Assembly (NCBI GenBank): GCA_965248755.1
Contig: OZ252149.1
Location: forward strand, 672,001-736,000
DNA: 64,000 bases
Reading direction: 5' to 3'
Source: Candidatus Latescibacterota bacterium
GTDB lineage: Bacteria > Latescibacterota > CBDEFO01
The translations under genes and the position numbers were made by a program. This document shows, piece after piece, positions 31,434 through 40,569 of this stretch; position 1 is the stretch's first letter, and every line of letters starts with the position of its first letter. A model generated the notes under the pieces. That model saw nothing but the letters and a program-made list of their open reading frames with translations. It was not told the DNA's origin and made no database searches.

Positions 31434-32358
31434 TCTCTATCACCTCTACTTTTGAATCTTCCTCGTTTCTGGTGAAGTTGTGCACCACAAATATCTTATT
31501 GGAGTCCTCACAGTACCAGGTCTTTCCCTTCAAAAATAGGCGTGGTTTCCTTTCCACCCACGGCAGAGGCTTGAAGAGCCTTTTCCACCTGTTTTTGGGC
31601 ACACCCAAAATCTCAATTCCTGGATGTCCCTGAAATTGAATCTCCTTGTACGAACAGTTTAGGTCTCTCAACTTCTTCTTGAAAAAGTCACTATGCCACT
31701 CTATTGTGCTGATTCCCTTCAACAGGATGTTAGCTAAGCTTATACAGTCTATGCTGAAAGAATTTTTTTCCCTTTGAAACTCCAATTGGATGTGACCGGA
31801 TTTCAGGGAATATTCTTCTAACATCAGGTCATCAGGAACCCAGCAGGCAAGATCATAGATGCCCCAGAAATTGCGTCCTCCTTTTGAGTGATCCTCTAAA
31901 GAATATAAGATTTTGGCTGCGACCTTTTCTACATTATCATCTAAGCGCGAAAGTACCCTCAAAACCACAACCCTTCCACATGCTTTGCATTTTATGGCCA
32001 AATTGTAAGCTCGGTAATCAGCCTCCCAGATAAAACATTCGTAGTCAAAGTCTACATCCTTGAACTTTACCAGACCCACCTTTCTATTGACTTTGAAAGT
32101 GGCCCTGACCTTATTTGCCTTTTTCTCCAGATTCTCGAGGTATCTTGACACCAAACGTGAAATGGAGATCCCCTCATGCGACGGTCTCCACTCCACCTCC
32201 ACCCTTGCTATCTGGGAGTCATCGAGTCTCAAATAGCCGGAATCTTTCTTCCTGTTAGGATCAGAAGTAACGCTTCCCAGGTTCCAATCTTTCGGAACGT
32301 CGAAGGTTATGCCCTTCCAGCCGAATTTGTACCATTCTGAATAGGTTTTAGATTTCAT
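31330..32358 (-). CDS. Conserved hypothetical protein (two repeated alpha/beta halves)
   Basis: 342-aa ORF; W.G..F.VP.DW-like motif repeated as WGIYDLACWVPDDL; overlaps the PqqD-like gene by 104 nt. Confidence 0.75.
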   Translation of the reverse strand: MKSKTYSEWYKFGWKGITFDVPKDWNLGSVTSDPNRKKDSGYLRLDDSQIARVEVEWRPSHEGISISRLVSRYLENLEKKANKVRATFKVNRKVGLVKFKDVDFDYECFIWEADYRAYNLAIKCKACGRVVVLRVLSRLDDNVEKVAAKILYSLEDHSKGGRNFWGIYDLACWVPDDLMLEEYSLKSGHIQLEFQREKNSFSIDCISLANILLKGISTIEWHSDFFKKKLRDLNCSYKEIQFQGHPGIEILGVPKNRWKRLFKPLPWVERKPRLFLKGKTWYCEDSNKIFVVHNFTRNEEDSKVEVIEIGCHKKEEAHQPRGDAVVKTDQERPAGVGKGLPG

Positions 32359-32419
32359 ATATCAACTATTTAGAATATGGCCATGCCACAACATTATACA
32401 CCTTGAAAGTGTTGATTCA

Positions 32420-32820
32420 TAACCTGTCTGGATATCTACTACGTCCTGATCTTGGTTGTTGAATTACCATTCTGTCTCTTTGAGGTAGAAATGGAAATAT
32501 TGCGTGGACATCTCAATAAGGCATGAGAAGTGTTTGGAATATGACCAAGAACCTTTGATTCCATTTAGATGGTTTCTACCTTCGGGTTGTCCTTTGTCTT
32601 TGTCAACCATGAAGTGGTTACCACAGATAGATAGAGAAGAGTAGGCGTGCCAGTCATCGGTGTAGTAGAGACAGTCTTTTCGCTCCTGCCTTCCGTCTAC
32701 AGCGGCGATGAGCTTATCGTAATCCAGAAGCACTCTGTGAGTCCTCCCACAAAGCCGCCATACCGATCGGTAGAGCTTTTTGTTAACCTTTTGTCCTACC
32801 TGATAGACCTCATGTTTCAA
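32420..32820 (-). pseudogene. IS1595-family transposase remnant
   Basis: YYTDDWHAYSSL, GRNHLNGIKGSWSYSK, FHFYLKETEW*FN: ISXO2-like DDE motifs, degenerate, with an internal stop. Confidence 0.75.
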
Positions 32821-33707
32821 AGCGAAAAAATAGCCTTATATTCAAGCTGCAGAAGCGAAATTTCTTCCTCTTTCTATGTCTCAATACCGAGCTTTGCGTA
32901 ACCTCGCAGGGAATCTATACCCCATCTTCAATATAAATATATCTCCACAATATAGTCAAGCCTTTTCTTTTTCTGGCTACATACGCGTAGCGGCAGAAAA
33001 CTTGCTAGCAGACACGGTGATTTACATCGCGTATGAACCTTGGTAAGAACGTCTTCATCCTTACACCAATTCTCCTACAAACCAACTGGAATTACGAACC
33101 AGCACCACGCTTGAGAAGCCTTCAATCATCTCCAGAAGCGGTTCAGCATGGGCGATCTCCTCTCCGGGATCCGGCTGCACCAAGCCCACAAAGACCACTA
33201 AGGCCTCCCGAGATTCTTCCCACTGTATGAGGAAAAGATAGTTGCCCCAGAGCCCGGGAAAGATCGGAGCTGGAGCAAGGCGTGCCGCGCATCCCAAGTT
33301 AGGGCGTCGGTCAGAGAACATCCGTATGCGCGCTGAACGCCAGGACTATTGGCACAGGAGGACAGACGATGACACAGATTGTGATAGCAGCAATAGTGTC
33401 AAAGGGAACGGATCGTTGCGGATGCTTCAGGTCTCCGAACAGGGCCTCGCCAGCCGTAATCTCCGGAACCTCCCGAAGGAAGACTGCAAGTACCCTCCAG
33501 AAGAGGGGAGTCTTACCTTGAACGCTTGAACGTGCCACCAAGAATGGGAGTGATGGCCCTATAGCCCTCATAGTAGGTATGTGCAGTTTCAGGGCTATTT
33601 TCGGCTCCTGTGGTGGAGATCGGTGTCAGAGCGGCGATCGTTACTGCAGGCACAATCTGGATGGGCACTTCTGGGCACACGGTCTGGAGCGACTCAGCAA
33701 ACCAGAA

Positions 33708-33790
33708 GGCGTAGAACGTCGCCGACAGCGACTTTGACAGGAAGAGCGGAATACCGATTGCTCCGCTGATCTCTACGCCTTAGGCTACGG
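33708..33790 (-). other. attC-like inverted repeat
   Basis: ggcgtaga...tctacgcc arms enclose an imperfect stem at the 3' end of the small ORF 33780-34022. Confidence 0.3.
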
Positions 33791-34022
33791 AAAATGATAT
33801 ATTAGGCTCCCCAGCAACCCTCCACGCTACGTAGCCAGTACCGATAGCGACAGGGCTGTTATCAGAGTGATTCCGTTGGATAGACATGCGCTTGTCAGAG
33901 TCGGCAGGATCCCCGCGTTTCCGACCACCCAGCCGACGCCGGACATAAACAATTACGCCTAAGATAGTTACCATCAAAGGCGTAAAGACTTCCAACAATG
34001 TTCCCAGTTTAGACAAATTCAT
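33780..34022 (-). CDS. Small single-TM hypothetical protein
   Basis: Hydrophobic N-terminus followed by the basic stretch RRRLGGRKR; coding status uncertain. Confidence 0.35.
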   Translation of the reverse strand: MNLSKLGTLLEVFTPLMVTILGVIVYVRRRLGGRKRGDPADSDKRMSIQRNHSDNSPVAIGTGYVAWRVAGEPNISFSVA

Positions 34023-34283
34023 CTGTTTCTCGGCTTGAGCATAAGGAGTCTAAAGATCGGAAGAAACATACCTGCCGGTATTGGATGTCGCCTTACCTTC
34101 GGCTATCGCAAAGCTGCTGGGGGCGGATAGGCGAAAGCCATATTGAACTCAGCTGGTGCGCGCAGAACCTCCGTTCAAGGGCTCTCGAGGACCTCCCGTG
34201 CTTGCTATTCGTTGTAGATGAGTAGGTTTCGCCGAGACTCCTTTCTCTGACTCTAAAGCGCCGGACACTGTCATCTCGAAGGT

Positions 34284-35015
34284 TTAGTCCTGCACCTTGT
34301 TTGCACGAATAATCATACTCAAAGAATCCCACGAATATTCACCCTCCTTAAAGTCGCCCCAGACATCTGTAGTCCTTAACCCTGCTGAATTCATCAACAT
34401 CTTAAGCTCCGTGAAGCAATAGAGCCTGACAGAATGCCGGTATTTTCTTTCTCGGTTTCCCTCAACAACTGTCACCTCGACATTAGACATCCCCGTTACT
34501 ATATCGAACGATCTCCTCTCCAATACGACCATCTTGCCGTATTTGAACCATTCCACAGGATAGAAATGTTTGACAACGAAGTCCCTATTGGCCGCCTCTA
34601 ACAGCAATGTTCCATCGGGGGTTAAGGCCCTGCCCATCAGCTTGAAGATGTCAAAATCTACTGCCTCATCTTCAAAATACCCGAAAGAAGTGAACATACT
34701 TATTATACCGTCGAACTTTTCCTCAAACCATAAGTTCCTTATATCACCACATATCAGATCAATATCTACGTGCTCAGTTCTGGACCTTCTCCTTGCTACT
34801 TTGAGCAAAATCGGGGAAAGATCGTATCCCGTTACCTTGTAGCCCCTCTTTGCCAGTTCCACCGCGTGCCGACCGTAGCCGCAGCAAAGATCCAGTATCC
34901 TGGCCGATGCGGGAAGATCCAACTTGGCCTCCAGGAAATCTACTTCCCCGCGTGTATCCTCGTGCACATCGAATTTTAGGTAATCTTCGCCGAAGAAAGT
35001 CTTGAACCACTCCAC
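34284..35015 (-). CDS. Class I SAM-dependent methyltransferase
   Basis: ILDLCCGYGRHA, GYDLS, FTSFGYF; GGAGG RBS. Confidence 0.92.
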   Translation of the reverse strand: MEWFKTFFGEDYLKFDVHEDTRGEVDFLEAKLDLPASARILDLCCGYGRHAVELAKRGYKVTGYDLSPILLKVARRRSRTEHVDIDLICGDIRNLWFEEKFDGIISMFTSFGYFEDEAVDFDIFKLMGRALTPDGTLLLEAANRDFVVKHFYPVEWFKYGKMVVLERRSFDIVTGMSNVEVTVVEGNRERKYRHSVRLYCFTELKMLMNSAGLRTTDVWGDFKEGEYSWDSLSMIIRANKVQD

Positions 35016-35170
35016 AGTTTATCCTCCATCAAGAACCGTTGGCAAAACCCGATTTTGAAGCCTTGCCATAAGAAAGCTTACGGGGCCAGTCCTGTTGTGA
35101 CGGTTATTCCATTCGTAATGGCTGAATAGTAGACAACTTACGGGGAAGGGAAGAGGGACCCGGTCTAACT

Positions 35171-35209
35171 CCGATTGAATCCCCGATTGAGTCTGTCAGG
35201 GATCGGGGG
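35171..35209. repeat. Self-nested CCCCGAT...ATCGGGG hairpin
   Basis: ccgattgaat-[ccccgattgagtctgtcaggg]-atcggggg. Confidence 0.65.
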
Positions 35210-35220
35210 CTGCTCTCTAC

Positions 35221-36285
35221 CTATTTAAATTCTCCTGTTAGAGAGAACCTGTGAACTTCTCCCAAGTCCGCAAACGAACTGAAGGCGTAATCGAATCTAT
35301 ACCTGTCTATCACAAAGCCTGCTCCGGCTGATATTCCCGCTCCTTCGCCTGTTTCCAGGCCGTTCGAGACAGAGCTGTATCCCGGACGTATCATAAAGTT
35401 CTGTGAAATTTCAAACTCGCCGCCTATGGAAAAGTAAAGGTCGTTATCGTTAGGTAGATTAGCGTCTACAACGATCATCAGTGGAAGATGTTCAGGCTTG
35501 TGGGTGATACCTATCTTCAAGTTTACGGGCAGACTATCCTTCAAATCTTCGGAAAATCCGCTCCTGACGAAGCCCAGATTTAGAATCGAAACCCCTAAAG
35601 TCGTCCTTTCGCGGGGCCTTATGAATATACCCAGATCCAGGGCGTAAGCGTCCGACGAAAACTCATCTATTCGTGAAAAGATAAACTTCAGATTACCTCC
35701 AACAGATACCTTGTCGGAGGTGAATCTTGAATAAGAAACGCGAGCCGCCAGATCACCCGCTCCGAAATCTCCTATCACGATCCCATTCTCATCCGTCTTG
35801 TCAAACGTCCCATACGATATATAACTTATCCCTATTCCGAACGTGGCCCTATTCTTGAGAGGAAATGCTAGGCCCACAAAGCCTGACTGAGTGTCCACCA
35901 GATAATTCGTAAAGGAGGCCGTAGCCATCTTGTTTTCTATTGTAGCCATAGCCCCGGGATTCCACACTATAGAGTTTATGTCCTCAGCCACAGCCGCAAA
36001 GGCGCTTCCAAACGCCGCCGACCGCGCAGAGTTGTCTATCTTCAGAAAGTTGAATCCTGTGGTTCCGACCTTGTCGTTTACTTCCTGTGCCCAAACTCCC
36101 CTTACAAATAGCGCAGAGATGGACAGGGCTATGCCGAAAAGCAGTAGAAAGTAGGTAGTAGGCCCCGATAGATTCAATCGGGGGAGATAGGGCATTGCCT
36201 CCCATCCCTGTATGCTGTCTACTGTTTGCTGTCTACTTTCTTTTATGTTGTGCTTCAGAATCTCCACTAACCTCTTCATATCCAT
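35221..36285 (-). CDS. PorV/PorQ-like (UPF0164) outer-membrane beta-barrel protein
   Basis: FLKIDNSARSAAFG.A, WNPGAMA, DYAFSSFADLGEVHRFSL C-terminus; GAGGAG RBS before 36285. Confidence 0.85.
   Translation of the reverse strand: MDMKRLVEILKHNIKESRQQTVDSIQGWEAMPYLPRLNLSGPTTYFLLLFGIALSISALFVRGVWAQEVNDKVGTTGFNFLKIDNSARSAAFGSAFAAVAEDINSIVWNPGAMATIENKMATASFTNYLVDTQSGFVGLAFPLKNRATFGIGISYISYGTFDKTDENGIVIGDFGAGDLAARVSYSRFTSDKVSVGGNLKFIFSRIDEFSSDAYALDLGIFIRPRERTTLGVSILNLGFVRSGFSEDLKDSLPVNLKIGITHKPEHLPLMIVVDANLPNDNDLYFSIGGEFEISQNFMIRPGYSSVSNGLETGEGAGISAGAGFVIDRYRFDYAFSSFADLGEVHRFSLTGEFK
36141..36241. repeat. Heptamer palindromic repeat with nested CCCCGAT hairpin inside the PorV-like ORF
   Basis: cagtagaaagtaggtagtagg-ccccgatagattcaatcggggg-...ccctgtatgctgtctactgtttgctgtctact. 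Confidence 0.8.
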
Positions 36286-36322
36286 AGGGATCTCCTCTGT
36301 TCAGGAACACATAGCTACCAGT

Positions 36323-37774
36323 TCATTCTTCTAACTTCTGCTTCAAAAACCGATTCACAAGCTGAGGGTCAGCTTTTCCCTTTGTCTCCCTCATTACCTG
36401 TCCAATGAAGAACGCTAGGAGCTTGGTCTGGCCTTCCCGGTATCGCTGAACCTCATTATCGTTCGCAGCGATTACGTTATCTATAATTCGCCCTATTTGG
36501 GAATCATCCGTAATCTGTGTTAAACCTTTCCGTTTCACAATCTCCTCAGGCCCTTTTCCACTCTCCGCCATTTCCTCGAACACAGCCTTTGCGATCTTTA
36601 AATTTATAGTCCCGACCTCCACCATTTTGATCAGTTCAGATAGACGCTCGGGCTTTACGTTAAATTCATCCGCCTTTATCTTCCTCTCGTTCAAGACCTT
36701 CAGGACATCTCCCATAACCCAATTGCTCGTCTTTTTTGGATCAGCTCCGGTTTTTACCACAAACTCATAATAGTCCCCCAACTCCGGCGTAGACGTTAAA
36801 ACCTCTGCATCGTAGTCTCTTATGCCATACTGGCCTGTGAATCGGTCCATTCTCTCTAAGGGAAGTTCGGGGATTTCTTCTCTTATCTGGTCGACCCACT
36901 CCTTACTTACTTCTACAGGCATCAAATCGGGCTCTGGGAAATATCTGTAATCCTCCGAAATTTCCTTGCTCCTCATAGGGACGGTAACGCCCCTTTGGGC
37001 ATCCCACAACAGAGTCTGGTGCATCACCTTATCGTTCTGCCTGAGTATTTCGGTCTGCCTCAGTGTCTCGGCCTCTAAAGCCCTCTGCAGATTCCTGAAC
37101 GAATTCATGTTCTTGATTTCAGTCTTCGTGCCCAGTTCGGACGATCCCTTGGGACGCAGTGAGATATTGGTATCTATCCTTATATTGCCCTCCTCCATAT
37201 TGCAGTCAGATATATCCAGATACTCAAGTACCTGCTTTAGTCTCGTAAGATAGACGTAAGCCTCCTGTGGAAAAGCCATATCTGGATAGCTCACAATCTC
37301 GATTAAGGGAACACCGCATCGGTTCACGTCAAAAAAGGAAGAGCCCTCCGACACATACTCCTCATCGTGTACTAATTTCCCCGCGTCCTCCTCCATGTGT
37401 ATTCTAACCAACCTTATCACTTTGGACTTCCCGTTAATCTCAATATCTATGTGACCGCCAATCGCAAAGGGCATCTCGCTTTGAGACTGATACTGAGATA
37501 TCTGATAGTTTTTCGGAAGATCCGGATAAAAGTAGCTTTTCCTGAGGAACCTGCTCCTCGGCTGGATCTGGCAGCCTAAAGCTACAGCTAACTTCAGAGC
37601 GCACTCCACAACTTTCCTGTTCAAAACCGGCAGTACCCCCGGCATGCCCAGACACACGGGACAGCCATGAGAGTTGGGATCAGCGCCGAACGTTGTGCTG
37701 CAGCCGCAGAATATCTTGCTCTCAGTAGAAAGCTGAACATGTACCTCTAAGCCTATATTTGCCTCATACTCCAT
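36323..37774 (-). CDS. gatB: Asp/Glu-tRNA amidotransferase subunit B
   Basis: IGLEVHVQL, CPVCLGMPGVLP, YFYPDLPK, HMEEDAGK, DYRYFPEPDL, FFIGQVM. Confidence 0.97.
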   Translation of the reverse strand: MEYEANIGLEVHVQLSTESKIFCGCSTTFGADPNSHGCPVCLGMPGVLPVLNRKVVECALKLAVALGCQIQPRSRFLRKSYFYPDLPKNYQISQYQSQSEMPFAIGGHIDIEINGKSKVIRLVRIHMEEDAGKLVHDEEYVSEGSSFFDVNRCGVPLIEIVSYPDMAFPQEAYVYLTRLKQVLEYLDISDCNMEEGNIRIDTNISLRPKGSSELGTKTEIKNMNSFRNLQRALEAETLRQTEILRQNDKVMHQTLLWDAQRGVTVPMRSKEISEDYRYFPEPDLMPVEVSKEWVDQIREEIPELPLERMDRFTGQYGIRDYDAEVLTSTPELGDYYEFVVKTGADPKKTSNWVMGDVLKVLNERKIKADEFNVKPERLSELIKMVEVGTINLKIAKAVFEEMAESGKGPEEIVKRKGLTQITDDSQIGRIIDNVIAANDNEVQRYREGQTKLLAFFIGQVMRETKGKADPQLVNRFLKQKLEE

Positions 37775-38003
37775 AGTATCTGCTCCATCTTCTGTAATCC
37801 CCCCCGCCGCCGAAGGGGAGCGCTATCACTTCATCAGACGTTTCAATCCTTAAAGTCGTTCCCTTTTAGAGTCATCCCTCTTCCTCACCTTACTGTGCTT
37901 TACGGCCACGTCCACAACACCGTTGCATCTTTTGTCAGGGATCCACGATTACTTCATCTCTGAACAGCAGATCACATTTTATTGATTTCCCTGATTCTAG
38001 GAG

Positions 38004-38045
38004 CGTATGCTCCTTTAACTCTGAAACGTATGCTCCTTTAACTCT
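38004..38045. repeat. 19-bp direct repeat
   Basis: cgtatgctcctttaactct at 38004-38022 and 38027-38045. Confidence 0.7.
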
Positions 38046-38232
38046 ATCTTATCATTATGAGGAAATAATATAAGCCAAAACGTGCTGAAGTCAAGGATGT
38101 TTAGAAATTTTTTGTTCTCCGATTCGGAACGGTTGTATTTTTCAAGCTCGTCTTAGCGAATTATTAGAATTCCCTTGTGGATTGTTTCAGGACATGACAA
38201 CTTCAAAGAATGTTTCCTCCTTGCGACACTTA

Positions 38233-38283
38233 GTCATTGCGAGTCCCTGATTGACTCTATCGGGGGGGGGGCGGGGGGAAGCC
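38233..38283. repeat. GTCATTGCGAG element with hairpin insert
   Basis: gtcattgcgagt-ccctgattgactctatcgggg-ggg...gaagc. Confidence 0.7.
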
Positions 38284-38546
38284 CAGGATCTTTAGCCCAG
38301 AGCTAGGGGAAGGGTCTGCTACGGGTCAGATTAGCAATCTGAATATCAGGCGACCGTAAGGTTCCAGATAAGCAGCGTCATTCTCCTTCAACCATATCTC
38401 ATTTGCAATACCTAGTCCAGATCAACTTATCCTCCCCAATCAGTGAAGATTCTTCATCTTTTCATTCTGATAGTCCACGAAGAACTGGTATTTCAGTACG
38501 AAGGGCAGCTTATTTCACCATAAACCTCAAAAATACATCTATAGGG

Positions 38547-38575
38547 TTGACACGCAAAGCACTATAGCTTATATT
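38547..38575 (+). promoter_or_regulatory. Candidate sigma70 promoter for nuoB-C-I-D
   Basis: TTGACA, 17-nt spacer, TATATT. Confidence 0.55.
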
Positions 38576-38686
38576 ACTAATGTGAAATGTAAGGAGTCAA
38601 TTCGCCTGCCGATATGAAGGCAAAACCATTGACCTATACTCAACGCTCCGATAATACTACAGATACTTGTCAGGAGGAGAACATAG

Positions 38687-39232
38687 ATGCCCCAAGAGGA
38701 GATAATAACGGAGGGCAGGTACGGAAACAACATTATCATAACCTCCGTGGATAAGATATTTAACTGGGCAAGGGAATCATCCCTGTGGCCTATGACGTTC
38801 GGACTTGCCTGCTGCGCCATCGAGATGATGGCCACGGGGGCCTCAAGATACGACCTTGACCGCTTCGGGGCCGGCGTCTTCAGACCTAGCCCCAGACAGT
38901 CCGATCTCATGATCGTAGCCGGAACAGTAACCTTGAAGATGGCAACCAGGATAAAGCGGCTTTACGAGCAGATGCCCGATCCTAAATACGTCATCTCGAT
39001 GGGGAGCTGTGCCACCTGCGGAGGTCCCTACTGGAACTTCGGCTACCATGTCCTAAAGGGTGTAGATCAGGTTATCCCCGTAGATGTCTACGTCCCGGGA
39101 TGTCCTCCCAGACCTGAAGCACTTATGGAAGGACTTATGAAGCTTCAGGAGAAGATCAAAGATGAGTCCCTTTTGGCGGATAAGATCAATAAGCTGACCG
39201 GGAGTGCAAGTGCTGAGGAGGAGGCTGCATGA
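38687..39232 (+). CDS. nuoB: NADH-quinone oxidoreductase subunit B
   Basis: [37 protein letters not shown]. Confidence 0.96.
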   Translation: MPQEEIITEGRYGNNIIITSVDKIFNWARESSLWPMTFGLACCAIEMMATGASRYDLDRFGAGVFRPSPRQSDLMIVAGTVTLKMATRIKRLYEQMPDPKYVISMGSCATCGGPYWNFGYHVLKGVDQVIPVDVYVPGCPPRPEALMEGLMKLQEKIKDESLLADKINKLTGSASAEEEAA

Positions 39233-39807
39233 ACGCCGAGGAGATCCACAATAAACTTAAAGAGAAGTTCGGCGATTCTATCTTGGAATTTAACCCCCAA
39301 GCAGTCCAGCTATACGTGAAACTCTCTCCCAAATCTGTGCTCGACGTAGCCCGCTTTATGAAAGACGACGAGGAACTTGCCTTCGATTGTCTGATGTGCT
39401 TAAGTAGTGTTGACTACCCGGAAAGCATCGAAGTCGTCTATCACTTCTACTCCAACGTAAAGGGACATAAGTGCGTGCTGAAAGTCGAAGTCCCAAGAGA
39501 AAATGGCTCCGTCCCATCGGTGGAATCCGTATGGAGAACGGCTGACTGGCACGAAAGAGAAGCCTACGACCTTGTCGGCGTGGTCTTTGAGGACCATCCC
39601 GATCTCAGAAGGATACTCCTCCCCGAAGATTGGGAGGGATACCCCTTAAGAAAGGACTATCAAGTGCAGGAGTTTTACAGAGGTATGAGAGTTCCCTACG
39701 ACGAAGATCTGGATCCAAACAGAGGGACCTTCATAGAGCCGATGTTTCGTAAAGAAACTGCTCAAAAAGAGACGGAGTCCGAAAAAGAGGAGGAAAGCGA
39801 GTCGTGA
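39229..39807 (+). CDS. nuoC: NADH-quinone oxidoreductase subunit C
   Basis: [36 protein letters not shown]. Confidence 0.95.
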   Translation: MNAEEIHNKLKEKFGDSILEFNPQAVQLYVKLSPKSVLDVARFMKDDEELAFDCLMCLSSVDYPESIEVVYHFYSNVKGHKCVLKVEVPRENGSVPSVESVWRTADWHEREAYDLVGVVFEDHPDLRRILLPEDWEGYPLRKDYQVQEFYRGMRVPYDEDLDPNRGTFIEPMFRKETAQKETESEKEEESES

Positions 39808-40538
39808 GAGGATATTTTTCCGACATATTCTCAGGGGTGTGGACTGTCCTGGTCGGTATGAGACTTACGTTCAGACACCTTTTTACCAGGGCCGTCACAC
39901 TCCAATATCCGGATGAAAAGTGGGAACTGCCACCAGGGGCAAGAGGCCAGCTCTTCAACGACATAGACGACTGCATAGGCTGTGACAAGTGCGCCAGGAT
40001 CTGCCCTGTGGACTGCATCTATATAGAGACAGTCAAAGTTGGCCCCGGTGAAGACCTGAGTGAGACCACTACGGGGCATAAAAAGAGACTGCACGTTGTG
40101 CGCTTTGATATAGACATGTCCAAGTGCTGCTACTGCGCCCTCTGCGTCTATCCCTGTCCCACAGAATGCCTCGTCATGACGCCAGAATATGAGAGCTCCG
40201 TCTATGACAGGGACGATTTCATCTATCGCTACGCCACATACACCCCTGAAGAGGTAGAAAAGATCAAAGAAGAAGGGGCTAAGAGGGATGTTGAAATGGC
40301 CGCAAAAAAAGCGGCGGCGGCCAAAGCCAAGGCAGAAAAAGCCAAAGCCGAGGGCGGTGGAGAGGAGAAGCCTGCCAGAGTCAAAGCATCGGCTACCAAA
40401 GCCGCAGGGAAAACCGAGGGTGGCGATGCTGAAGAAACACCCAAACCTGCGAGAGTAAAACCCAGAGCCGCAGAGGAGGCGATGGTGTCAGGTGAAGCTG
40501 CCCAGAAAGAACCCACATCCTCCGAAGATGAACAGTAG
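39804..40538 (+). CDS. nuoI: NADH-quinone oxidoreductase subunit I with Ala/Lys/Glu-rich tail
   Basis: TLQYPDE; two 4Fe-4S motifs, [12 protein letters not shown] and [12 protein letters not shown]. Confidence 0.92.
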   Translation: MRGYFSDIFSGVWTVLVGMRLTFRHLFTRAVTLQYPDEKWELPPGARGQLFNDIDDCIGCDKCARICPVDCIYIETVKVGPGEDLSETTTGHKKRLHVVRFDIDMSKCCYCALCVYPCPTECLVMTPEYESSVYDRDDFIYRYATYTPEEVEKIKEEGAKRDVEMAAKKAAAAKAKAEKAKAEGGGEEKPARVKASATKAAGKTEGGDAEETPKPARVKPRAAEEAMVSGEAAQKEPTSSEDEQ

Positions 40539-40569
40539 ATAGGTTCGATTGCCATAAACGGAGAACATA

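Noticed and set aside
33095..33200. In-frame TGA as selenocysteine (NQHHA*EAFNH)
   Set aside because: No redox motif, no recognisable SECIS and no proper start; more likely a decayed gene.
11485..33310. Shared 13-mer gttagggcgtcgg at 11485 and 33298
   Set aside because: A 13-nt match is expected by chance in 64 kb and the flanks do not align.
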